DNA from: Aulosira sp. ZfuVER01
Lineage (GTDB): Bacteria > Cyanobacteriota > Cyanobacteriia > Cyanobacteriales > Nostocaceae
Length of the DNA stretch: 64,000 bases
Reading direction: 5' to 3'
NCBI GenBank assembly: GCA_034530615.2
Contig: JAVRCV020000033.1
Span: forward strand, 1 to 64,000
Shown: one piece after another, positions 38,776-48,976 of the stretch
How the letters are laid out: every line of letters starts with the position of its first letter
Position numbering within the stretch: the first letter of the stretch is position 1
The notes under the pieces: generated by a model
Told to the model about the DNA's origin: nothing
Databases searched by the model: none
The model's input: the letters and a program-made list of their open reading frames with translations, nothing else
Made by a program: the position numbers and the translations under genes

Positions 38776-40656
38776 TTAAGTTCCTAACATTTGTAAGTTA
38801 TGCAACGTCGCATACATTCCTCCTTGTTGGAGTAATTCTTCATGGCTTCCTTGTTCGATAAGTTCCCCTCGTTTCAAGACAAAAATTCGGTTGACATTGC
38901 GAATTGTTGATAAACGGTGAGCAATAATAATTGCAGTACGTCCCACCAAAAGCTGGTTTAAGGCTTCTTGAATTAAAGCTTCTGTTCCTACATCTAAGCT
39001 AGCTGTGGCTTCATCCAATACCAAAATTTGTGGATTGCGAATAGCAGCACGCGCAAAGGCTAAAAGTTGCTTTTGTCCGCTAGAAAGATTTGTACCTCTT
39101 TCGCGCAATTGAGTATCATATCCTTGGGGTAAAAGTTCAATAAACTGATCGATATTAGTTTGTTGTGCTGCTTGTTGAATCTTTTCAAAAGAATAGTTGT
39201 CTCCTAGGGTGATGTTGCTTTTGACATCCCCTGCAAATAAAAAGCCCTCTTGTAAAATTACTGCTAAATAACGCCGCAATTCTGCCTGTGGTAAGTCACG
39301 AATATCTATACCATCAACGAGAATGCGTCCTTGGGTGGGTTCGTAGAGGCGACACAATAGCCGAATGATGGAACTTTTACCGGCACCTGTAGGCCCAACT
39401 AATGCTACTTTTTCACCAGGATGAATGGTGAAATCTAAGTCTTTAATTACATACTCATCATTTTTGTAGGCAAACCAGACGTGTTCAAAACGGATTTCTC
39501 CTAGTTCTGGTGAGGGGTTAGATTCTGAAGATTCTAGATTAGCAACAACCTCGTCTATATAGCCGAACTTAGCATCATAAACTGAGATGCGCGAATTATA
39601 GCGATCGCGGATTTCTATCGGTTCATCTAAAATGTTGGTGACTCGTTCTATAGCGGTAAACCCTGCTTGAATAACAGTGAATTTTTCTGCAAAATTCCGC
39701 AAAGGGTCAAATAATTGTTGGGCATATAAAACAAATGCCGATAAAATCCCAAAAGTAATACTTTTGCCAAGCAGCAACCAACCACCTACGACTAACACAC
39801 CTGCGATCGCTAGTAAGCTAATCCACTCTAAAATGGCTGAAACTGCTGAATCGTAAAAGATAGTTTTATCTACTTGCTGTTTGTAACGTTGGTTGGTATT
39901 GCGGAACAATTCGCTATTGAACCTCTCTCGCCGGAACAACTGCACTACGTTAATACCAACGATGTTCTCTTGCAGTTGGGAGTTTAAAATAGAAAGTTCT
40001 TCTCGTGCTTTGTAATTTGCTTGGCGATACTGTTTTTGCAAGTAAACAACTACCAAGCTGATGGGTAACAGGATTACCAGTAGCAAAGATGCAAGTTCCC
40101 ACTGAAGAGAAAACATCAAGCCGATAATCACCAGCATGGAAAATAAATCTGATATAATGCCGACTGCCCCAGTAGAGAATACATCTCCCAAGGCTTCCAC
40201 ATCACTGGTGAGTCTGGTAATTAATTTACCAATAGGTGTCCGGTCAAAAAAACGTACAGATAACAATGTTACATGATGAAATAAATCCTCGCGAATCACC
40301 GCCGTGATTTGTTGTCCTAGTTTCTGTACGAGATAACCTTGAAAACCTGTGAATATCAGTCTGACAGTAATAGCAATCAGTAACAATCCTTCGATGATAT
40401 TTAGCCCTTGTATCAAAGGACGATTCCTGAGAAACTCGTAAACACTGGGTTCTTTGCGGATGAGCGATATAGCCTGTCCAATTAATAGTGGTTGTACAGC
40501 ATTCGCTAAAGCGATCGGTACGAGTAGGCACATTGACAGCAATAGCAATTTTCCACTACGGCGGGCATAAGGTACTAAGCGCAAAAATAACCGCCAGTCA
40601 TTGTTACGCCGACGGTGTTGTGTGTAAGATTTTTTGAGGGATTGGTAGGTGCTCAT
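38776..40656 (-). CDS. ABC exporter, fused permease/ATPase
   Basis: GPTGAGKS, LSSGQ, LDEATA, AHRLST. Confidence 0.93.
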   Translation of the reverse strand: MSTYQSLKKSYTQHRRRNNDWRLFLRLVPYARRSGKLLLLSMCLLVPIALANAVQPLLIGQAISLIRKEPSVYEFLRNRPLIQGLNIIEGLLLIAITVRLIFTGFQGYLVQKLGQQITAVIREDLFHHVTLLSVRFFDRTPIGKLITRLTSDVEALGDVFSTGAVGIISDLFSMLVIIGLMFSLQWELASLLLVILLPISLVVVYLQKQYRQANYKAREELSILNSQLQENIVGINVVQLFRRERFNSELFRNTNQRYKQQVDKTIFYDSAVSAILEWISLLAIAGVLVVGGWLLLGKSITFGILSAFVLYAQQLFDPLRNFAEKFTVIQAGFTAIERVTNILDEPIEIRDRYNSRISVYDAKFGYIDEVVANLESSESNPSPELGEIRFEHVWFAYKNDEYVIKDLDFTIHPGEKVALVGPTGAGKSSIIRLLCRLYEPTQGRILVDGIDIRDLPQAELRRYLAVILQEGFLFAGDVKSNITLGDNYSFEKIQQAAQQTNIDQFIELLPQGYDTQLRERGTNLSSGQKQLLAFARAAIRNPQILVLDEATASLDVGTEALIQEALNQLLVGRTAIIIAHRLSTIRNVNRIFVLKRGELIEQGSHEELLQQGGMYATLHNLQMLGT

Positions 40657-40873
40657 AGTAAGAGCATTATAGTGAACTACCTATGCAATTCGCTACGCCA
40701 TTTGGAAGGTTTCTAACGTTGTATATGTTGTTGCAGATGTGTATTTGCTGTCTTTTTAGTTAGCGATCGCAGTAATTGGTAACATTACTGTGATTAACAG
40801 CTATTGAGGATAATTTTCTCCTATTCTCAGAAATTAGGTTTTGCATCTGTACTTAGGCTACTTCGCCTCAATT

Positions 40874-41593
40874 TCAAAACTGTACCTTGTATAAAGTAAA
40901 CAATTCGCCTGATTGTCGCGCCACGACTTTAGCACCCGCCGCTTTAATTGTTTTTTCCCACTCAGCCACAGATTCTAGAAACACTTCAGCGCCCAAATAA
41001 GTTTCCAGAACTGCCCAATCCTCCGCTAAAGGCTGTTCGGGATTGAGGATGTCAAATACAAATTGTCCACCAGGTTTTAAGACTCGCTTGACTTCTAGCA
41101 ACACCGCACTCCAATATTCCAGGGGAAAATAGCAGCTAAATCCTGTGGCGATCGCTAAATCAAACTGATCTGCGGCATAGTTTAAGTGATGAGCCGGGCC
41201 TAACTCCACACCTTTGAACAACTTGGAGTTCAACTGTGAACCACGAGAATTGAGCGTATCCCGTGCTACAATGCTTACCTCTTGACCGTAAAAGTATGCT
41301 TGCCAATCGCGCCAAGGATAAATTAAAAAGCTGACACCGCAACCAATATCTAAACAGTGCTGATTCTTTTGAGGTTTAGCAATTTCCCAGAAGCAAGAAG
41401 CAATTCTTCCTGGTAACGTTCCAGTCATCCAATCCCGAAAGATGGGCATTTCCTGTACTTCTGTGGGTACATCAAAAGGTTGATTTTGATACTGTCGGTT
41501 AAAGCGATATGCAACTTGCGCTATTCTCTCTTGCCATTTGTCTGAGTGATGGCTAGAGGTGGTGTATGGAGTTTGGGAAGGCTTTTTAGACAT
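40874..41593 (-). CDS. Class I SAM-dependent methyltransferase
   Basis: CLDIGCG, FDL, RVLKPGG. Confidence 0.9.
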   Translation of the reverse strand: MSKKPSQTPYTTSSHHSDKWQERIAQVAYRFNRQYQNQPFDVPTEVQEMPIFRDWMTGTLPGRIASCFWEIAKPQKNQHCLDIGCGVSFLIYPWRDWQAYFYGQEVSIVARDTLNSRGSQLNSKLFKGVELGPAHHLNYAADQFDLAIATGFSCYFPLEYWSAVLLEVKRVLKPGGQFVFDILNPEQPLAEDWAVLETYLGAEVFLESVAEWEKTIKAAGAKVVARQSGELFTLYKVQF

Positions 41594-41702
41594 TCGATGC
41601 TTTACTACTTTTTCAGGACTTTAGTCAAGTTATAGTCTAGACAAAGTCTCACAAGTAGTTTTAACACCCTAAAATTAATCCAAACGCATCGGCAACTGCT
41701 AA

Positions 41703-41909
41703 GAGGATGTTTGAAAAGTCACTAATGATGTATCAAATACTTTTAGATCCCCCTAAATCCACGCCACTTGCTTCAACGGGGGGAACCCCCGCAACGCAGT
41801 GGCTCCCCTTAAAAAGGGGGACTTTGATTCAGTTTTCCCCCTTTTTAAGGGGGGTAGGGGGGATCAATTAGTATCTAAAATTACAGCTAACCACTTTTAA
41901 AACATCCTC
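41703..41909. mobile_element. MITE with IS5/IS1031-type ends and TAA target duplication, containing an SDR insertion
   Basis: GAGGATGTTTGAAAAGT … ACTTTTAAAACATCCTC flanked by TAA at 41700-41702 and 41910-41912; inner CCCCTTAAAAAGGGGG hairpins; SDR acgccacttgc…gcagtggctc at 41761-41805. Confidence 0.88.
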
Positions 41910-42026
41910 TAAGAGCAAAAATAACTGTCAGTCATTTTCACATCAACAAAATTGGATGTAATATTCTGGGAGTAGTTGGGAAGTACTCATAGTTAAAGCA
42001 TCAGATTCATTTTTGTTGTTAACACC

Positions 42027-42557
42027 ATGCCCGAGATAGAAACTTTGCGACTGCGACTAAGGCACTTTACCCTAGATGATTTCGATGACCTGTTTCGACT
42101 CTACACTGATACAGAAATCATGAAGTATCTATCACCTAGAACGCCAGAACAGACGAAGAACAGCTTGTGCAATCATATTCGACAATGGCAAGAACACAAC
42201 TTGGGTATGTGGGCTGTAATACACAAACAAACGGGTAAGATGATTGGCCGTTGTGGACTGGGTTTTCTGGCAGATACCCCAGAGGTGGAACTGGGTTATG
42301 TATTTGACAAGTCTTATTGGAACATGGGGTTGGCGACCGAAGCGGCACAAGCGACGTTAAAATATGGTTTTTGGGAAGTGAAATTAGAGCAAATAGTAGC
42401 GATCGCTCATCCAGAAAACATTGCCTCAGTGCGTGTAATTGAGAAAGTGGGCATGAAATACCAAAAGCATACCCGCTATTACAGCCACGATGTAGTTTAC
42501 TACACCCTCCCCCGTTCAGAATGGCAACCGAATAATTCTCTTTACATTCTGCGTTAG
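42027..42557 (+). CDS. GNAT N-acetyltransferase (RimJ/RimL-like)
   Basis: IETLRLRLR, ELGY, YWNMGLATEA, ENIASVRVIEKVGM. Confidence 0.93.
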   Translation: MPEIETLRLRLRHFTLDDFDDLFRLYTDTEIMKYLSPRTPEQTKNSLCNHIRQWQEHNLGMWAVIHKQTGKMIGRCGLGFLADTPEVELGYVFDKSYWNMGLATEAAQATLKYGFWEVKLEQIVAIAHPENIASVRVIEKVGMKYQKHTRYYSHDVVYYTLPRSEWQPNNSLYILR

Positions 42558-42665
42558 ATGAGTCAAAGGCAGATAGCAAAAGAGGCTGGCAAGATTTACT
42601 AAACCTCTGTGACCTTTGAATTTACCACAACAGATTATTGAGATTTTGGGTGAATAATTTAGCAA

Positions 42666-43430
42666 ATGAAGAAAAGTTTTATTGAAAAGGTAAGAAACGA
42701 CGCACCTATTATAGGAACAGTTGTCACCCTCAACTCTCCTGAAATAGTAGAGATTTTATCTCTGTGTAATTTTGACTGGCTGTTTCTCGACATGGAACAT
42801 GGAACGTTATCGGTTGCTGCGGTACAACACCTGATTCAAGCAATACGCGGTGATTGTTCTGTTATTGTGAGAATTCCTGAGAACAGTACTGTATGGATCA
42901 AGAAAGTATTAGATACAGGATGTGACGGTATTCTTGTACCACAGGTAAAGAATGCAGACGAAGCACGACGAGCTGTAATGGCAAGTAAATACCCGCCAAA
43001 AGGTGAACGAAGTGTAGGTATTGCTAGAGCACATAGCTATGGTATGTCATTTGCTGAGTATGTGGCTTGTGCAAATGACACAATTGCTTTAATTATCCAA
43101 ATTGAACATATTCATGCTGTCGATAATCTTGATGAGATACTTAATGTTGAGGGAATTGATGGGGTTTTTATCGGCCCTTATGACTTGTCAGGCAGTATGA
43201 ATTTATTAGGACAAGTAACTAGTGAACCTGTTCAAGAGGCAATACAGCAGGTTAAGCAGAAATGTAAAGCAAAATCTATGCCAGTTGGTATTTTTGTCAT
43301 GAAAGGAGAAGCGGCACAGAAGGAAATTAAAGATGGCTGCAAATTCATTGCCGTCGCTATTGATAGTGTTCTTTTATCGAATGCTGCTCAAAATGCACTT
43401 ACCTTGGCTAAGGGTTCAGCTACCAATTAA
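42666..43430 (+). CDS. HpcH/HpaI class II aldolase family
   Basis: DWLFLDMEHG, LDTGCDGILVP, YPPKGERS, IQIE, FIGPYDLS. Confidence 0.93.
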   Translation: MKKSFIEKVRNDAPIIGTVVTLNSPEIVEILSLCNFDWLFLDMEHGTLSVAAVQHLIQAIRGDCSVIVRIPENSTVWIKKVLDTGCDGILVPQVKNADEARRAVMASKYPPKGERSVGIARAHSYGMSFAEYVACANDTIALIIQIEHIHAVDNLDEILNVEGIDGVFIGPYDLSGSMNLLGQVTSEPVQEAIQQVKQKCKAKSMPVGIFVMKGEAAQKEIKDGCKFIAVAIDSVLLSNAAQNALTLAKGSATN

Positions 43431-43815
43431 TAGCAGACAGTAATAGCGTTTCACTTGAATAGGGTATAGACAAATTCTAGAAAATCAATTTCTCTATTAC
43501 CTCCTTCCTCTGCGGCCTCTGCGGTTAAATAAACTATTTTATGTTCGTGTAAAGTCTCCTTTTAGTCATTGCGAGCGGAGCAATCGCCTAGGATTGCCCC
43601 GCTCGCAATAATATATTTATTGCCTGAATTTTAACACCCTAGGCACTACCTCAATACAGTTCAGTTAACCTCACAAACTTTAGACTAAAATGCTAATTTT
43701 TTGCGTTAATTAGCCAGAACCGTTGACTGAATTTTAAACTACTTAAATTAATTAGATGAAGCTAGATTTTGATAGTTTTATACCTTGTCTGCTTTGCTCA
43801 ATCCTACCAAGAATT

Positions 43816-44397
43816 TTAGTTAACTTTGGCAGGAACCCAATCATCACGCTTAGGTTGGTCAATACCAGGTGATTGAATACACGTTAAATAACATTGTCCT
43901 TCACCTTGCACAGTGAAACCATGAGCGACATTAGTAGGATTATAAATTCGATCTCCAACAGTAATAGGAAACCATGTACCCCTGCCTCCTGCCATACCTA
44001 GACTATCTGACTCAGAAGTCGGCGACCAATTTTCTTCTACAAGAGCATAAGCATTAACCGGGTTAGGAAAACCTTCAGCTTCTGCAAGCATTACACACAA
44101 CGCATGGGCTATCGGATGAGCATGGACAGAACCGGGGTAATTACTTTTAAGGCCAATGAGTATAACTTCCAGTCCCTCTGGCTCCAGGTTGTATCTTTCT
44201 ATAAACGGTTGCAATATTTCTTTGCGGATCGACATTTTATCAAACCCGTGATAATCCTTTTTTGTCGACCAATCAAAGATTTCTGCCGCAGGTTTTTTCC
44301 TTAACATCTCGATTAAGTCATCGCCAATCACTTCTAAAGCTTCTCTTGATACTTTTGATAGCTTTTGAGTTGGCTTAGGGGAAGTAGCGCCTGTCAT
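43816..44397 (-). CDS. Hypothetical cupin-like protein
   Basis: HAHPIAHA … NPTNVAHGF metal-binding pattern; AAGGAG ribosome-binding site. Confidence 0.65.
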   Translation of the reverse strand: MTGATSPKPTQKLSKVSREALEVIGDDLIEMLRKKPAAEIFDWSTKKDYHGFDKMSIRKEILQPFIERYNLEPEGLEVILIGLKSNYPGSVHAHPIAHALCVMLAEAEGFPNPVNAYALVEENWSPTSESDSLGMAGGRGTWFPITVGDRIYNPTNVAHGFTVQGEGQCYLTCIQSPGIDQPKRDDWVPAKVN

Positions 44398-44708
44398 GTT
44401 CTGACTCCTTAAATTCAGTTAATTGGACTTATTTGTCTCTATTTCCACGCTGATTGTTTGCAACTGATGCGCTATTGATTGTTGCAAGTTTTCATCCAAA
44501 GTTGCATTCAAAGGTGGTACTTGACGCAGCGAAGATGAGACGCGATGAATTCTCCGTCTCTTGAGTAATTTATGGTGATTTACTAACATTTTATCTAAAA
44601 AATATCAGATCGCGTCTTGACGGAAATACTTTAATATGATATTTACAAAAAAACATCTTTTGATATAAAAGTAGCTTAACTCCTGTCACGAAGAGGCACA
44701 GGAGAAAC

Positions 44709-44759
44709 CCCATAGGCCAGATTTCTTTGGATATGGTGGATCGAGGTTTGTATAGTTTT
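44709..44759 (+). pseudogene. Heavily decayed IS4 transposase fragment
   Basis: Translates PIGQISLDMVDRGLYSF, 9/17 identical to PLDLISTEMVFRSLYHF of the IS4 remnant at 10306-10512. Confidence 0.4.
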
Positions 44760-44907
44760 CCCCGTCATTTCTGGCAAATTGAGATACTATAGTATTAGTT
44801 TTGTCAATTAGTAATACTGCTGGAAACTGAAGGCAAGGCGAGGCATCAAAGTAAACTTGGTGCTGGTTTTTCAGGGCAAGAATGATGATGCGTTTAAATA
44901 TTACGCG

Positions 44908-44933
44908 TAGACGCAAAGCGGCTTGCCTTTGGC
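44908..44933. repeat. 26-nt SDR inserted into a HIP1 site (GCG^ATCGC)
   Basis: GCG + TAGACGCAAAGCGGCTTGCCTTTGGC + ATCGC; the first 14 nt are identical to 23919-23932. Confidence 0.8.
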
Positions 44934-45267
44934 ATCGCTTCCCCAAAAAATTATGTTTTCTAGCACGATTTTTGGATGCTTTTTAAGCAAGATTACTTAC
45001 TAAAAAACATAGTATCACCTGAAATTATCATGCTCGCGAAGGCATCAACACTTATGCCAATATCAATTACTTCGGCTTAAACTACTTCGCTTCCGTCGCA
45101 CTCCTCAAATTTATTTGGTTTCCTAAAAAATCAACCAGTGTAGATTTTTCTTTAATTGGTTTAACAAGATTTATTTAATTTGAGAGTTTCTCAAAAATCA
45201 GCCAACTATGAGGAGTGACGGAAATCCTCTAAAGCACTCTTTATACTATCAGGATGAGGAGTCCTAT

Positions 45268-46068
45268 ATGGAAGTTTTACATCATGACCAGACTCTTGTA
45301 GTGGAAAGTTCCCTAACTTTTAACAGTCTCTGCGGTTTACTTATGGGTAGCGTACTTGCCGTGAGGATACCTAAGTTTTATGAAATTGATAGATGTAAAT
45401 ATTTAAGCAACATACTATCAAATTCTGTAAAAAATGAATCTACTTCTTCAGGAAAAATATACATCAGTGATGTTGACTCTTTCTGGAATACTATAGATAA
45501 GCCCGAACTCAGGGAAAGTTACTTTAATACTGCAATACCGACAATGAGAAGGTTGCGTAAATTCAGCTTTCCTTACGCATCCCCATTTGATTTATTAAGA
45601 CTTGAGCTTGATGAGATATGGCCGAGTGGAGTATCAATCATGCATTTAGGCGGAAAAACTATGCTCTTTGGCATTACACGCATTTGGCAAGTAGGATTTG
45701 AAGCTCTTCCTCATCAAGATGTTTTCTGGAGAGAAATACCCAATTCAAATGAAGCTAAAGAGCAGATTTCACAACTGGGTGTGAATGTATACTTGAGTTC
45801 AGCTGACTTAGGAGGAGAGCTTGAACTTTGGAATTATTCATTTTCTGATGAGGACTGTGAAAGAAACGGAATTAAGGGAAGTTACGGCTTTAGCCGGAGT
45901 TTGTTACCAAATAATTCTCTAGTTATCAAACCTCAAGCAGGAGATTTAATAATGTTTAATACTACTAAAGTTCATGCTATTAGAAAAATTGTGCAAGGAG
46001 AGAGGATAACTATTTCAGGTTTTATCGGCTACTGGGGTATGGATAAGCCACTAAAATGCTGGAGCTAA
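45268..46068 (+). CDS. 2-oxoglutarate/Fe(II) dioxygenase (probable start 45268; ORF open from 45208)
   Basis: PHQD (HxD), GGELELW, GDLIMF, KVHAI, ERITIS; GAGGAG 6 nt before the ATG. Confidence 0.85.
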   Translation: MEVLHHDQTLVVESSLTFNSLCGLLMGSVLAVRIPKFYEIDRCKYLSNILSNSVKNESTSSGKIYISDVDSFWNTIDKPELRESYFNTAIPTMRRLRKFSFPYASPFDLLRLELDEIWPSGVSIMHLGGKTMLFGITRIWQVGFEALPHQDVFWREIPNSNEAKEQISQLGVNVYLSSADLGGELELWNYSFSDEDCERNGIKGSYGFSRSLLPNNSLVIKPQAGDLIMFNTTKVHAIRKIVQGERITISGFIGYWGMDKPLKCWS

Positions 46069-46204
46069 TACTGCTGCGCGGAATCGAATTTTGTTGAAGA
46101 ATCGGAACTTCACCCATTTTCGTGAAAATTTGATGCTATTGAAGTCCAAAAGGTATACAAACCAAGTCACTAATTTTAAGTTCAGATAACGATCAATCTG
46201 TTTT

Positions 46205-46385
46205 CTATTCGCTGCTTTCTGCTGTGGATTGTTCTGGCGATTTGATTATTCTTCTACCCCAAGGTTTTAAAACGGAAATTGCAATAATGGAAAGTATACA
46301 GATATTTTGAACTGCACCACCTATGAGTACGCCTTTGATATCAAAGGCGTACAGTGGGTTGGTTAATGCTTGCGATCGCTCCACC
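46205..46385 (-). pseudogene. 3' remnant of a membrane-protein gene (DUF2269-like C-terminus) fused to mobile-element DNA
   Basis: …NPLYAFDIKGVLIGGAVQNICILSIIAISVLKPWGRR; upstream DNA ends in an IS5-type terminus TTTTCAAACAACCTC-TTA near 46544-46561. Confidence 0.45.
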
Positions 46386-46587
46386 CACAGCTTCAGAAGG
46401 ACGGCTATCCCGACATCACAGCCAAGCCTGAACGCACAAGGACTTAAGGCATTTAGCGACTCACCAAATATCGACAGAGCAACAGTCAGACACAAGTAAA
46501 TTTACACATACTGTTAACGAGATTGGCGTAAAAAATGTCTGGCTTTTCAAACAACCTCTTAGGGCGAAACTAAAACGTTAAAGTTTC

Positions 46588-47295
46588 TCACAGCAATCGA
46601 TTTTTAAGGAATATTTTTACTCGTTCCACTTCCACTTCCACAGGTATTGCGTGATCAAAGATTGTTTTTCCTTCACAACTACCCACTCTTTGTGCAACTG
46701 GAATTTTACAGTTTTCGTCTACACCTTGCCCTTCTATTTCTTCACCTTTTCCATTTAAACAAAACAAACGAGGTGTGCTATTCCATTCAATATCACGTTG
46801 AGACTTTTTAATATTTGCATTTACTTCAACTGAAAAACTTCCTTTCTTAATCACTTGCATATTAGGTTTGTCGTACTGACCATCATAAATTACATAAGAA
46901 AATTCATTCAGTCCGGGTCTAATGACAAACTTGGTTTTTTTGTGGCTATCAGCAAAGTCAAAAACTATTTTTTCAGACTTACCATTTTCTTGTTGGTATT
47001 CTCGATCTGTATATGGAACCCTCTCTGAACTATCTTGAAGTTTTTCATTAACAATTCTTACTCTTCTATCCTTAGCTGTTGGTACTTCTTTGTCGATAAA
47101 CCAACCTACTATCTTTTCTTGACGAAAACCAGGGCAAGTTCCTACAAACTCAATTGCATCAACAATTGTCTTATTTAAGTCAACACCACCATTAAAGATA
47201 ATACCTACATTTCGTAACTGTTCTTGTGCGTGTGTAGAGCTTATGCTACATACTACAATAGCACTAGCTAGTAAACACAAATTTTTAATTTTCAT
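46588..47295 (-). CDS. Hypothetical secreted protein
   Basis: Signal peptide MKIKNLCLLASAIVVCSISSTHA-Q; 235 aa; four Cys in the mature region. Confidence 0.75.
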   Translation of the reverse strand: MKIKNLCLLASAIVVCSISSTHAQEQLRNVGIIFNGGVDLNKTIVDAIEFVGTCPGFRQEKIVGWFIDKEVPTAKDRRVRIVNEKLQDSSERVPYTDREYQQENGKSEKIVFDFADSHKKTKFVIRPGLNEFSYVIYDGQYDKPNMQVIKKGSFSVEVNANIKKSQRDIEWNSTPRLFCLNGKGEEIEGQGVDENCKIPVAQRVGSCEGKTIFDHAIPVEVEVERVKIFLKNRLL

Positions 47296-47795
47296 GATTT
47301 TTTACTTCCTTAAGTATGTTGCCAATGTTCTTTTATGGCTATTTCTAGAAAAAGAACCAAAATCCTTACTGTCTATACCTTTATTAGGCGTATAAACTTT
47401 TCTCATGAGCCTTAATTAAAAATGTTTCATAACGAAATCAAGGCTTAAATTTTTGAGTATTTGCCGTTTAAAATTAGATGTTTATGCGGTTAAAATAAAA
47501 AATATAAATTTATGCTTCCCCTGTCGATTTTTTGAATTCTTAATTAGTTTTTAAGAAAGGGGAAGTAGATATTTAAGATAATACTATTACTACCATCTCC
47601 AGTGATATCTATATATTTTTTTTTCTGGTAATGAGTTAGAAGAACCTGGTGAAGGATTAGAAGAAGCAGGTGAAGGATTAGAAGAAGTAGGCGAAGGTTC
47701 TCCGATTGCAGTTCCCTGTACTTTTTTTAAACTTTCTTGTGTTACAATAGCACCTTCGGATGTCTTTACCATGTTACTAAGATTTGGTTGTTGAC

Positions 47796-48976
47796 CAGAA
47801 ATGTTGAATGTTAAGAAAAATTCGATAAAAATAGCCCAAAATATGGTAATTTTGGGCGAAGGATTCAAATATATTAGTTTGATTGTGATTATAAATTCCT
47901 TTCCCAAAATTGTCAAAGACATCCTGAAAAGCCTGCCCAAAAATGATTATCCAGTATTGAACAGTCGTCTATTTTTTGAGTGCTGGCTATCCTATGCCCT
48001 GGATAACAGTTTAACAAGTATGCGAGATTTATTTAAAAGATTAAATAACACAGGATTTGATCTAGATATTTCTACTTTTTCCAAAGCCAGTTCTCACCGC
48101 ACGCACAAACCCTTTCAAGAAATTTATCATAAATTAAATGCGCAAGTCCAGAATAAAACTCATAAAAAATTACATGATAAATATGCAATTTGTCCAATTG
48201 ATTCAACAATTATTACTTTAACCAGTAAGTTGTTATGGGTACTAGGACACCATCAAGTCAAGCTTTTCAGTTCTTTAAATTTATCTACTGGAAGCCCAGA
48301 AGATAATTTCATCAACTTTGGGCATGACCATGATTATAATTTTGGTTCAAAAATGATGTTTAGTTTGCCCACAGATGCTGTTGGGGTAATGGATAGGGGA
48401 TTTGCTGGCTTGAAATTTATTCAAGATTTAGCGCAAGAAAATAAATATTTTGTTCTGCGGATTAAAAATAATTGGAAGCTAGAATTTTCTGACTCAACTG
48501 GATTAATTAAAGTTGGTGCATCCGATGATGCTCAAGCCTATAGAGTTATTAGCTTTTGTGATTTAGATACGAAAACTGAGTTTCGCTTAGTGACGAATTT
48601 ACCAGCCTCGGGAGATGCGGCAGTTACTGATGATGAAATTAGGGATATTTATCGGTTACGTTGGGGAGTTGAATTGTTGTGGAAGTTTTTAAAGATGCAC
48701 TTAAAACTTGACAAATTAATTACCAAGAACGTCAATGGTATCACTATACAAATTTACATTAGTTTAATAGCATATTTGATTTTACAACTTGTATCTATTC
48801 CCAAACAATGGGGACATACACTATTAGATAAATTCCGTTATTTACAATCCTGTATGTGTCAAAAAATCAGTTATGTTCATTGGCTTGAGGAGATGATGTT
48901 ATGTTGACTATTTTAGGCTTTTTAGAGTTGGTTTAACCAAGTATGTAAAGTTTTGTATCGACATTCAACATTTCTG
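47796..48976 (+). mobile_element. Complete IS4-family insertion sequence (1181 bp), 16-bp perfect TIRs, 9-bp TSD
   Basis: CAGAAATGTTGAATGT / ACATTCAACATTTCTG; GTTGTTGAC at 47787-47795 and 48977-48985. Confidence 0.95.
47801..48907 (+). CDS. IS4-family DDE transposase (true start probably GTG near 47885)
   Basis: IDST, MDRGF, FVLRIK, YRLRWGVELLWKFLK (YREK-type motif). Confidence 0.93.
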   Translation: MLNVKKNSIKIAQNMVILGEGFKYISLIVIINSFPKIVKDILKSLPKNDYPVLNSRLFFECWLSYALDNSLTSMRDLFKRLNNTGFDLDISTFSKASSHRTHKPFQEIYHKLNAQVQNKTHKKLHDKYAICPIDSTIITLTSKLLWVLGHHQVKLFSSLNLSTGSPEDNFINFGHDHDYNFGSKMMFSLPTDAVGVMDRGFAGLKFIQDLAQENKYFVLRIKNNWKLEFSDSTGLIKVGASDDAQAYRVISFCDLDTKTEFRLVTNLPASGDAAVTDDEIRDIYRLRWGVELLWKFLKMHLKLDKLITKNVNGITIQIYISLIAYLILQLVSIPKQWGHTLLDKFRYLQSCMCQKISYVHWLEEMMLC

